Part shown: piece by piece, positions 11,309 to 19,667 of the stretch
Numbering within the stretch: the stretch's first letter is position 1
Layout: every line of letters begins with the position of its first letter
Source: Bacteroidales bacterium
Lineage (GTDB): Bacteria; Bacteroidota; Bacteroidia; Bacteroidales; UBA12077
Direction of reading: 5' to 3'
NCBI GenBank assembly: GCA_028282585.1
Contig: JANQHR010000149.1
Span: forward strand, 12,055-76,054
DNA: 64,000 nucleotides
Notes under the pieces: generated by a model
The model's input: only the letters and a program-made list of their open reading frames with translations
Database searches by the model: none
Told to the model about the DNA's origin: nothing
Translations under genes and position numbers: made by a program

Positions 11309-11469
11309 GGGGGCGTTCAAAAAGTACAATAGTTAAATTTTATTCGTATTTTTTACTTTGAGTAACATTGTGTCTTCTTTGTGGTTCTCTGTGTAACAGC
11401 CTTTTATAATTATACCAAAACGTTTCACAAACCAGGCACAAAGAACACTAAGACTTTTTGGACACCCCC
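11309..11469. mobile_element. MITE-like element or IS remnant with 17-bp terminal inverted repeats
   Basis: GGGGGCGTTCAAAAAGT (11309-11325) versus the reverse complement of ACTTTTTGGACACCCCC (11453-11469), 15/17 match; non-coding, between convergent genes. Confidence 0.55.
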
Positions 11470-11472
11470 TTT

Positions 11473-14331
11473 TTAAAATTGAAGAAGAAATTCGTTCAAA
11501 TTATCATTTCTGTCAATTTCCAACTTCTTTCTAAGGCGGTATCTGCTAATTTCAACTCCACGAACAGTAATATTCATTAACGGAGCAATCTCTTTGGTCG
11601 ATAAATTCATTCTAAGATAAGCAGATAAACGTAAATCTTTAGAAGTTAGAATAGGATATTTTGCCTTTAACCGTTTCAAAAATTTCTCATGCACCCGATC
11701 AAAATAATCTTCGAAAACTTTCCAGTTTTCTTCATTATCGATATCTCTATCAATCTTTCTGATTACATCTTTTACATCTCCGGTTACCAATTTATTTTTC
11801 TCTGCATAAGCCTTAATTTTCTCTAGCTCTTCCTTTAGTTCCGTTAAAAACTGATTCTTTTTAATAACTCCCATCGTTGAGTTAGCTAATTCCTTAGATT
11901 TGTATAAATTGTCGATTCTTAGCTTTTCGTTTCTAAGTTTTACAATTTCCTGCTGCTTTTTTAGGTTTTCCTGTATTTGAGTTTGCTCTTTTCTATAAAG
12001 AATTTCCTCTTGCTCCTTTTGTAATTTTTGTTTTAAATTCTTCGTATGATGGCTTATTCTTTTTCTGATGAAAATAATTATCATGACAAATAATAAAACG
12101 TATGTAATTTTAGAGTATATAGTTAAATACCACGGGGGAAGCACAGTAAAACTATATATTGCAGGTGTACTTTCTTCACCTGATTTATTAATTGACCTTA
12201 CGATAAATTTATATTCTCCCTTTGTTAGGTTGGTATATTCTTTTACGGTTTCATTATTCCATTGTGGCCACTTTTCATCAAAACCATGTAAAAAAGTTGC
12301 ATATTTTACTGAATTATGTTTACTACACCCTGCAGAATAATAAAATTTGATTGAAGTGCCATATTTTATTCCTTTATCAATGTCTCCATACTGTACCCAA
12401 TTAACTGTTTTCTCATTACCCGTTAACGTTTTTACTTTACCCTTAGGAGATGTAATAATAATCCTTCTAACCCTGTTGGCAGAATAAGTTCCGTTATATT
12501 TCATCCCTAAATTATATCCCAGAAAACCTTCTTCCTGGCCTATAATAAGAAAAGTACTATCCAGACTAAAAATATTCTCATAATCAATTGGATATTTATC
12601 GTTTGCAAACTCGGTTAAACTATAATGTAATCTTTTAGCTCCTTTATCAGAAATGGTATAACAATGCATTTCTCCATTTCCAAACATCCACCACCGATTA
12701 AATCTGTCAATAATTATATTTGATGGTATTCTTTTCTCCTTATATATGGATTTAAATTTTGCCGTATCTTTATAAAAACCTTGAGCCTTATTATATAAGT
12801 AGATACCGCTATCCGCGACAAAATAAACTTCACCTTTATACTTTATTACCTGTTTTAGTTTATTATTAAATTCTATTCGATCAAAAGTTCTTAGATTTTC
12901 AATTTCGGTTAAATCATTATTAATACCAAACCTGTACAAACCATTTTCAAATTCTGCCCAAAAATTATTTTGCTCATCTTTTATAATATTTCTGGTATTC
13001 CCATTTATACCTTTTAATAACCTAACATACTCAAGTTGTTTATCATGCTTTAACAAAAGTAATCCGACAGGAGATCCTGATATATAGTAATTATTGTTGT
13101 CATTAATTTTAGCTAAGTTCCATCCTCCGGGATAAAATGTTACTTGTTTAATCTGTTTATTATCCCACGAATATATCCCACCGGGACTTCCAAAATATAA
13201 AATATCATTTATTAAGTGTAGTCCCCACACGTGCCCATCAAATAATTTAATAAACTCAAGGTTATCTTTAGAATTTTTTTGGGAATAATATAATCCCTGG
13301 CTTGTTGCAAAATATAATGTGTTTTTATAAAATGTTGAAGCATATCCTGTTCCAATACCATGATGGTTGTTAAATTTTGTAAAAGGAAAGTTTAGTCTTA
13401 TGGATGAGATTCCTGAAGCTGTTCCAATCCACAAGTTATTCCAATAATCCTTAAAAACAGAAAATACGGTATTATTTACAAGTCCTTCTTCATAGCTATA
13501 TTTCTTAAAAATATCGCCCTTACTATTAAAAAGTAAAACACCACTATAGTAAGTTTTTAAAGCGTATGTGGTATCATCAATTTGATCTATACCGTGTAAT
13601 TTAATTTGATTTAATTTTGATATAATCTGTTCGCTTAAACTTAATTTATTTAGCTCCAAATTATATATTCCAACCTCCTCCATTAAAACATGCAGTTGAT
13701 TTTTGTAATTTAAAAATCCTACAACCCTTTTGTTCTTGATTTGCTCATTATTATTGATCAATTTAAGTTTATTTTCAACCAATTGATAAACTCCTTCTTC
13801 TTCAGAATAAAAATATAGCTCATCATCCAACTTTTGATAGTAAATAAAATCGTGCGAGGTTTCTAAAATGCGTATATTTTCCGGTGTATTAATAATTATT
13901 TCTTTACCGAGAACATAAATGATTCGATCTTTAATATTAAAAACTTTTGCAAACCTAAATTTTTTTAAGTCTTTCTCGGTGGTAATAATCTGGTTTAATG
14001 ATTTATAAGTAATCGTATTTGTAGAATCGGGCACTAGTTTTCCTATTCCTTTGCTTCCTGCCACGTAAACTACGTCATTAGAATCAGCAGCCAAAGATGT
14101 TATTGCAAATCCGCTATATATCTTGTTCCAGTTTTCTCCATCAAACTCAATTATTCCTGTTTTATCACCGGCATATAACAACCCATCTTTTGTTGTAACA
14201 AGAGAATAAATTCTGCTGCCCCCTTCGTAAGCTTCTGCTTTAAAGTTTCTAATAATAGGCATTCCCTCATTTATGGCAAAAGCGTAAGTTGTTCCAATTA
14301 AAAAAATGAAAAAACTTATAATAACGCGCAT
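11473..14331 (-). CDS. Membrane-anchored regulator: beta-propeller + Y_Y_Y + TM + coiled coil + LuxR-type HTH
   Basis: LWIGT repeats, KEYTNLTKGEYKFIVRS, PPWY-TM, LSTKEIAPLMNITVRGVEISRYRLRKKL. Confidence 0.9.
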   Translation of the reverse strand: MRVIISFFIFLIGTTYAFAINEGMPIIRNFKAEAYEGGSRIYSLVTTKDGLLYAGDKTGIIEFDGENWNKIYSGFAITSLAADSNDVVYVAGSKGIGKLVPDSTNTITYKSLNQIITTEKDLKKFRFAKVFNIKDRIIYVLGKEIIINTPENIRILETSHDFIYYQKLDDELYFYSEEEGVYQLVENKLKLINNNEQIKNKRVVGFLNYKNQLHVLMEEVGIYNLELNKLSLSEQIISKLNQIKLHGIDQIDDTTYALKTYYSGVLLFNSKGDIFKKYSYEEGLVNNTVFSVFKDYWNNLWIGTASGISSIRLNFPFTKFNNHHGIGTGYASTFYKNTLYFATSQGLYYSQKNSKDNLEFIKLFDGHVWGLHLINDILYFGSPGGIYSWDNKQIKQVTFYPGGWNLAKINDNNNYYISGSPVGLLLLKHDKQLEYVRLLKGINGNTRNIIKDEQNNFWAEFENGLYRFGINNDLTEIENLRTFDRIEFNNKLKQVIKYKGEVYFVADSGIYLYNKAQGFYKDTAKFKSIYKEKRIPSNIIIDRFNRWWMFGNGEMHCYTISDKGAKRLHYSLTEFANDKYPIDYENIFSLDSTFLIIGQEEGFLGYNLGMKYNGTYSANRVRRIIITSPKGKVKTLTGNEKTVNWVQYGDIDKGIKYGTSIKFYYSAGCSKHNSVKYATFLHGFDEKWPQWNNETVKEYTNLTKGEYKFIVRSINKSGEESTPAIYSFTVLPPWYLTIYSKITYVLLFVMIIIFIRKRISHHTKNLKQKLQKEQEEILYRKEQTQIQENLKKQQEIVKLRNEKLRIDNLYKSKELANSTMGVIKKNQFLTELKEELEKIKAYAEKNKLVTGDVKDVIRKIDRDIDNEENWKVFEDYFDRVHEKFLKRLKAKYPILTSKDLRLSAYLRMNLSTKEIAPLMNITVRGVEISRYRLRKKLEIDRNDNLNEFLLQF

Positions 14332-14510
14332 AATGTTAGTTCTTAAAGTGCCACTAATATAATCATTTTAATTTTTGAAATCATTTTTCATATTTTATTA
14401 CGCTGAAAGCACGAAAAAGGTTAAACAGAACTTAACTAACTGCTTCTTGTTAATTTTCAATAATGAAGAACAATTTTTCCTACTCTCCAAGTTTTATTAA
14501 TTTCAAAATA

Positions 14511-14533
14511 AAAATACCAACAATTAGGTATTG
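14511..14533 (+). promoter_or_regulatory. 23-bp conserved semi-palindromic box, copy 1 of 5
   Basis: AAAATACCAACAATTAGGTATTG, ending 32 nt before leader ORF 1. Confidence 0.6.
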
Positions 14534-14565
14534 TCCGTCCGAAATAGAATTTGAACATTTGTATC

Positions 14566-14928
14566 ATGAAAATCTCATTAAGAGACATATTTAAAAAGGC
14601 AGGGTTTATTATCATGATATGTTTTGTTGGTCTAATGATAGCCAACAAAGTTATGTATACGCATATTCATAAACTTGAAGATGGCAGCGTTGTGGTCCAT
14701 GCCCACCCTTATGATAAGTCCGAGAATGAGAATTCAGGAGAAACACACCATCATGTTAAAGCAGAACTATTCTTTTTACAAAGTTTAGAACTTCTGTTTT
14801 ATATGGCAATCTTATCTGGTATTTTATACCTGGGATTTTTAGTTTTAGAAATACTTTCTTACTCTTTTGTTTTATATAAGAGCAATAATTTATCGTTATC
14901 ATTAGGCAGGGCCCCTCCTTGTAACTAA
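14566..14928 (+). CDS. His-rich leader ORF ending in RAPP (putative arrest peptide), copy 1
   Basis: 120 aa from ATG 14566; N-terminal hydrophobic helix, HIH-x9-HAHPY-x11-HHH, RAPP at 14908-14919; paralog at 47850. Confidence 0.75.
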   Translation: MKISLRDIFKKAGFIIMICFVGLMIANKVMYTHIHKLEDGSVVVHAHPYDKSENENSGETHHHVKAELFFLQSLELLFYMAILSGILYLGFLVLEILSYSFVLYKSNNLSLSLGRAPPCN

Positions 14929-15065
14929 TTCCTTACAATTTTATAGGTTTTAATTTTAATTGATGCATGAAAAGCTACTCGCATGTGCATCAGTCTTTTA
15001 CTCAGCTGTAATCATTATAAATGATTATGCTAAAATTAATATCTCATTATAAATAACGATTAGTT

Positions 15066-15410
15066 ATGAGTAATTACTTAAGCCAAACAAAAAACGGACG
15101 TATTTTTCGATGTGCCTCATGCGATAAAATCCACATTGAATTTAATAATATAAACTTCAATTTCAATGATAAGGAGTTTGAGCGTTTTGCAAGTTATTTT
15201 GATGATTTGGACGGTGAGTATTGGGAAAACATGAACTTTCAAATTAACTACCGCAGAAAAATTATTATTCCGGTAGGCCACAAAAACATTAATTTCTTAT
15301 TAAATAAAGAAGAATTGAATGAGCTAAAAAGCCTTTTAGCCAATGCAAATATTTATAACAAACCATTAAAACTCGTTAAGAATTTTAAGTACTCATTTTG
15401 TAATAACTAA
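15066..15410 (+). CDS. Small CxxC-xxH protein (DUF6686-like)
   Basis: NGRIFRCASCDKIHIEFNNI and C-terminal EELNELKSLL...NN pattern. Confidence 0.6.
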   Translation: MSNYLSQTKNGRIFRCASCDKIHIEFNNINFNFNDKEFERFASYFDDLDGEYWENMNFQINYRRKIIIPVGHKNINFLLNKEELNELKSLLANANIYNKPLKLVKNFKYSFCNN

Positions 15411-15416
15411 ATTAAA

Positions 15417-15923
15417 ATGAAAAAAGTAGGAATATTTTACGGTTCATCAACCGGTAACACAGAAACAGCAGCCAATCAAATACAACAAGAACTAGGAACT
15501 GATATGGCTGATGTTAAAGAAGTAATAGACGCAGGTGCAGGCGACCTTGAAGTATATGCAAATATTATTTTGGGGGCCTCGACCTGGGGCATTGGAGATA
15601 TGCAGGATGATTTTGACGTTTTTCTAACAGAATTAGAAAATGCAAATCTTGAAGGGAAAAAAGTTGCCATTTTTGGATTAGGCGATCAGGATACTTATCC
15701 TGACTCCTTTGTTGATGCAATTGGAATAATATATGAAACAATAGAAGGTAAAGGTTGCGAAGTTATCGGAAAAATATCAAAAGATGGTTATAGCTATGAT
15801 GTATCGAAAGCCGAAATCAACGGTGAGTTGGTTGGTTTACCATTAGACGAAGAGAACCAGGGAAATTTAACAAATGAAAGAATCAAGAACTGGATTCAGC
15901 AAATAAAAGGACAGTTTAATTAG
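15417..15923 (+). CDS. fldA: Long-chain flavodoxin
   Basis: IFYGSSTGNT, STWGIG, FGLGDQ, GLPLDEENQ. Confidence 0.95.
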   Translation: MKKVGIFYGSSTGNTETAANQIQQELGTDMADVKEVIDAGAGDLEVYANIILGASTWGIGDMQDDFDVFLTELENANLEGKKVAIFGLGDQDTYPDSFVDAIGIIYETIEGKGCEVIGKISKDGYSYDVSKAEINGELVGLPLDEENQGNLTNERIKNWIQQIKGQFN

Positions 15924-15982
15924 ATAGTTTAATATAGTACTCAACACTTTGATTTCTGGCAATTTTGAAGCATGAGTAATTC

Positions 15983-16040
15983 TTAAAAAGCAGGGGGCGA
16001 TTGACCCGTAAGCCATTATAAATCTCCCCCCTCTTTTTAA
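15983..16040 (+). promoter_or_regulatory. Large intergenic stem-loop with U-tract
   Basis: TTAAAAAG-CAGGGGG-CGATT...AATC-TCCCCCCT-CTTTTTAA. Confidence 0.55.
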
Positions 16041-16052
16041 AAAATGTAACGT

Positions 16053-16448
16053 ATGAAAATTTCATGTACAGATTATAAATCCGGTGATATGCAGATTTTA
16101 ATGCATCATATTTACGAATTTAAAAAGGGCCTAAGAAACCTGGTGTTGCATACAATGAATAAAAGTGAGCAATACCTAGCCGAAGATTTATTGATGCGCA
16201 AAGGTATCTGCTATAAAATTCAAGAAGTTAATGCATCCAAAATCAATGTGTTTTTTGGTAAAATTCAATGTGTAAGGATTGTCGAATCTTTTGGTAATAA
16301 ATCATTGGCCAATATCTCTGATGAGCAAGATTTCATATTGGGAGTCATGCTTGGATATGATAGAACACAGCAATGTGATAGATATATAAAACGGAAAAAT
16401 TTAAACGCGGAGTTTATTAACAGTCAGGATCTTGCCGTGGCAATTTAA
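16053..16448 (+). CDS. DUF2023 family protein
   Basis: HHIYEFKKGLRNLVLHT, INVFFG, EQDFILGVMLGYD..QC.RY; usual flavodoxin neighbour. Confidence 0.85.
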   Translation: MKISCTDYKSGDMQILMHHIYEFKKGLRNLVLHTMNKSEQYLAEDLLMRKGICYKIQEVNASKINVFFGKIQCVRIVESFGNKSLANISDEQDFILGVMLGYDRTQQCDRYIKRKNLNAEFINSQDLAVAI

Positions 16449-16625
16449 TTAGTACTGGGTTTATTTAAATTCAATGTATAAATGATTAAGAATATTTGGC
16501 AGATACCAATCAAAATATACTTATAGTTAGTCAAATATGAACTCTATATATAACACCTCTTTAGTAGCTGCAAACAGCAACTAGTCTATAAACCTGAAAT
16601 TACATTAAACCTAAAAACAATCATT

Positions 16626-16766
16626 ATGAGCCAGATCATCCAAATTAAGCAAACAACTAAAAATGTAAGAGTATTTAGCGTTGGAACCCAAAACTTTTTT
16701 ATTGAAGACTGGAATAAAAACCAAACTGAAACCAATTTAAAAACTCTCAAAAAGAATATAAAATGA
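16626..16766 (+). CDS. 46-aa small ORF translationally coupled to the heme receptor gene
   Basis: MSQIIQIKQTTKNVRVFSVGTQNFFIEDWNKNQTETNLKTLKKNIK; A-rich start context; ATGA overlap with the start at 16763. Confidence 0.45.
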   Translation: MSQIIQIKQTTKNVRVFSVGTQNFFIEDWNKNQTETNLKTLKKNIK

Positions 16767-18928
16767 AAAAACTTGCATTATTGGTATTCATGTTGATTTT
16801 TGGGACGGTTTACGCTAATAATCCAGAAATATTAGTATTAGATAAAGAAAATAAAGAACCCATTCCTTATGCCAATATTTGCTTTGAAGAAATTAATACT
16901 CAAGCAAAATTCCATACAATAACAACTGTACATGGAATTGCAAAAAATCCGGTTCAGAATCAGTCCATTGTAGCCATATCCTTTGTTGGTTACAAAACAA
17001 TTATCGATACAATAAAACAAGATGAGTCTAGAGAATATCTAATGGAACAAGATTTATTCAACATGGAGCAGGTTGTTGTTACCGGTACCAGGACCAGAAA
17101 AACTCTAGGTAAAAGCCCAATTTTAACAAAAATTGTTACAGGGGTAGAATTACAGGAAGCCGGAGCAGTTACTGCCCTTGATGCTTTAGAATATTCAATG
17201 CCGGGAGTACAGTTCTCACCTGATGGGCATGGCGATAATCTTCAAATACAAGGGCTGGATAACGACTATATACTTGTTCTGGTAAATGGTGAAAGAATGG
17301 TTGGCGAAACCAGGGGTAATGTAAACTTCAGCAGACTTAATGCAGAAAACATAAAACAAATAGAAATTGTAAATGGAGCTTCTTCAGTTTTATATGGATC
17401 TAATGCAATAGGTGCTGTAATTAATATCATAACTAACGATAACAATTTTACAAAATCTTTTTCTGCTACAGTGAGTTCCAGGTATACGAAAAATAATACC
17501 TTACTTATATCATCAAATGTAGGTATATCGTTAAATAAGTTAAATATACATTTAAATGGATTTAGAAGCAGTACAGATGGATATGACCTGACACCCCAAA
17601 CTCCCGCTTCATACACTGTTGATAAATATACAGACTATTCTGGCAAGCTTAAATTAGGTTATAAGTTTAACGATAAAATTACCTTATCTACACAAGGGGT
17701 TTACTTTCGGCATGAGATAAATAATCCTGAAAAAAGTACTAAATCAACACATAATTTAAATAAAAACTATACCCTCGGCGGAAAATTATCCATACAGGTA
17801 AATGAAAAGCAATCTATTGAATTTAGAGCAAATACGGACATTTATAACTCATATACCGTTTACGAACGACGAAACGATGAAAAAGAATTAAAGTCGGACT
17901 ATCAGTTTTCATCATTCTTTTTAATGGATACTTATACGCCCTTAAGTAATCTTGAAATTATAATCGGGACAGAATTAAACTTAGAAAATATCTATTCAAT
18001 TCAACTATTTGGAGAAACAGGAGACAAGGATAAAGATTCATATGATTACAATGCATTTTTACAATTAGACTATGAACTAATTGAAGATATTGTATTAGTT
18101 GGGGGATTGAGATATACATACCATACAAATTATGGTAATCATATTACTCCAAAATTATCATTAATGTATTCTCCCAAAAGATTTAAGTTCAGAGGGAATA
18201 TAGCAAAGGGTTATAAGGCCCCTACTTTAAAAGAACTTCACTATAATTTCGATCACAGCGGGATGTTTATGATTTATGGAAATCCTGATTTAAAACCCGA
18301 AAATGCATTCTACACTTCTGTTTCGGCCGAATATACCAGAAATTTATTCAATATCTCCATAAATGCTTATAACAATTCAATAAATGATAAAATAGAGTCT
18401 GTCGACCGTGTTAACAGCGAAACAGATATGCTTGAAAAACACTATATGAATGTAAATGAAGCAGTGTTAAGAGGCATAGAAAGCTATGTTTCAATTAGCC
18501 CTTTAAAAAATACGATGTTAAAAACCGGTTATGCTTATTCTGATACAGAAGAAAAATCAACTGGTTTGCAGCTTTATGGAAATAGTGTTCATACCGGAAC
18601 AGTTGCTCTTTCGTATAAAATTTCTAAAATAAAATTTCCTTTAAGCGTAAATATTAGCGGGCGAATTTCGTCTGGCAGATTATTTCAATATCAGGAAACA
18701 GAAGAAAATTCTGATACAGGGGTCGAAGAAACTACCATTTATAAGGATGAAAGCGATGCTTATTCTATGTGGAAATTTACTTATAACCAACAATTTAAAT
18801 TAAGAAATAAATTAACTATTCAGGCTTTAGCCGGAGTTAATAATATATTCGATTATGTAGACACCAAAGACCTGGCTGTAATTGACCCAGGTAGGAGGCT
18901 CTTTTTTGGAGTTAAATTTATTTTATAA
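16763..18928 (+). CDS. hmuR: TonB-dependent heme receptor, HmuR-like
   Basis: EQVVVTGTRT, GASSVLYGSNAIG, YKAP...H...NPDLKPE (FRAP/NPNL-type); adjacent to hmuY and cobN-like genes. Confidence 0.8.
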   Translation: MKKLALLVFMLIFGTVYANNPEILVLDKENKEPIPYANICFEEINTQAKFHTITTVHGIAKNPVQNQSIVAISFVGYKTIIDTIKQDESREYLMEQDLFNMEQVVVTGTRTRKTLGKSPILTKIVTGVELQEAGAVTALDALEYSMPGVQFSPDGHGDNLQIQGLDNDYILVLVNGERMVGETRGNVNFSRLNAENIKQIEIVNGASSVLYGSNAIGAVINIITNDNNFTKSFSATVSSRYTKNNTLLISSNVGISLNKLNIHLNGFRSSTDGYDLTPQTPASYTVDKYTDYSGKLKLGYKFNDKITLSTQGVYFRHEINNPEKSTKSTHNLNKNYTLGGKLSIQVNEKQSIEFRANTDIYNSYTVYERRNDEKELKSDYQFSSFFLMDTYTPLSNLEIIIGTELNLENIYSIQLFGETGDKDKDSYDYNAFLQLDYELIEDIVLVGGLRYTYHTNYGNHITPKLSLMYSPKRFKFRGNIAKGYKAPTLKELHYNFDHSGMFMIYGNPDLKPENAFYTSVSAEYTRNLFNISINAYNNSINDKIESVDRVNSETDMLEKHYMNVNEAVLRGIESYVSISPLKNTMLKTGYAYSDTEEKSTGLQLYGNSVHTGTVALSYKISKIKFPLSVNISGRISSGRLFQYQETEENSDTGVEETTIYKDESDAYSMWKFTYNQQFKLRNKLTIQALAGVNNIFDYVDTKDLAVIDPGRRLFFGVKFIL

Positions 18929-18946
18929 CAATTAAATACTAACCAA

Positions 18947-19576
18947 ATGAAAAAAACAACATTATTATTAAAGGTACTGTTAATCGTATTAACAACCTCG
19001 TTATTTGTAGCATGCGACGAGGATGATGATCCCAAACCTGCAGAAAATGATACACTTAGTCTTTATACGAAAGATTATACTATCTGGCACTATTTTTCTT
19101 TTGAAAATGGAGTTATAGGCACCGGCTCGGCCGATCCAACTGAATCGGATGATGCAGACTGGAAAGCCAGAACAGATTGGGATCTTGCATTTCATTACAA
19201 GGACGTAAGAACAAACAGTGGTAAATCCGGAGATGGACAAGGTGGTATGCTGGAAGCCACTCAAACAGATTTTGCCCTTGTAACTGAAGCTCCAACATCA
19301 GGTTATACAGTAGATGATGATCTTGATATAAGATTAACTCCGGCAATGCCACCTGTTTATGTTACATCAACAGCAAATTCTGTTTGCGATGATTGGGCCT
19401 CTTATGATCATGCTGAAGGTGCTTGGGTATTTGTAGAAAAAGTTTTTATTGTTAGAACTGCGGATGGGAAATATGCCAAAATATGGTTAAAAAGCTTCCT
19501 TGATGATGAAGATAATTCTGGAACTATCACCATGGACTATGCATACCAATCAGATGGAAGTACAAATCTAGAATAG
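18947..19576 (+). CDS. hmuY: HmuY family heme-binding lipoprotein
   Basis: Lipobox FVAC-DEDDD; WHYFSFENG, WDLAF, VRTNSGKSG, VFIVRTADGKYAKI. Confidence 0.9.
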   Translation: MKKTTLLLKVLLIVLTTSLFVACDEDDDPKPAENDTLSLYTKDYTIWHYFSFENGVIGTGSADPTESDDADWKARTDWDLAFHYKDVRTNSGKSGDGQGGMLEATQTDFALVTEAPTSGYTVDDDLDIRLTPAMPPVYVTSTANSVCDDWASYDHAEGAWVFVEKVFIVRTADGKYAKIWLKSFLDDEDNSGTITMDYAYQSDGSTNLE

Positions 19577-19598
19577 GTTTCATTCAATTTTAACAAGT

Positions 19599-19655
19599 GT
19601 GGTTTCCATTAGATTCGGCTTTTGGTAGCTAGATAATTCTGGAAATCACCTTTTT
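19599..19655 (+). terminator. Stem-loop after hmuY (attenuator or stabiliser)
   Basis: GTGGTTTCCA...TGGAAATCAC followed by CTTTTT. Confidence 0.5.
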
Positions 19656-19667
19656 ATATTTAAAAAA

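Noticed and set aside
14457-14648. Minus-strand 63-aa ORF
   Set aside because: Overlaps the conserved leader ORF and the 23-bp box; no support.
15960-16625. Cobalamin riboswitch upstream of the TonB/cobN-like genes
   Set aside because: No B12-box or GGGAA/GCCACTG core found; hmuY context points to heme rather than B12.
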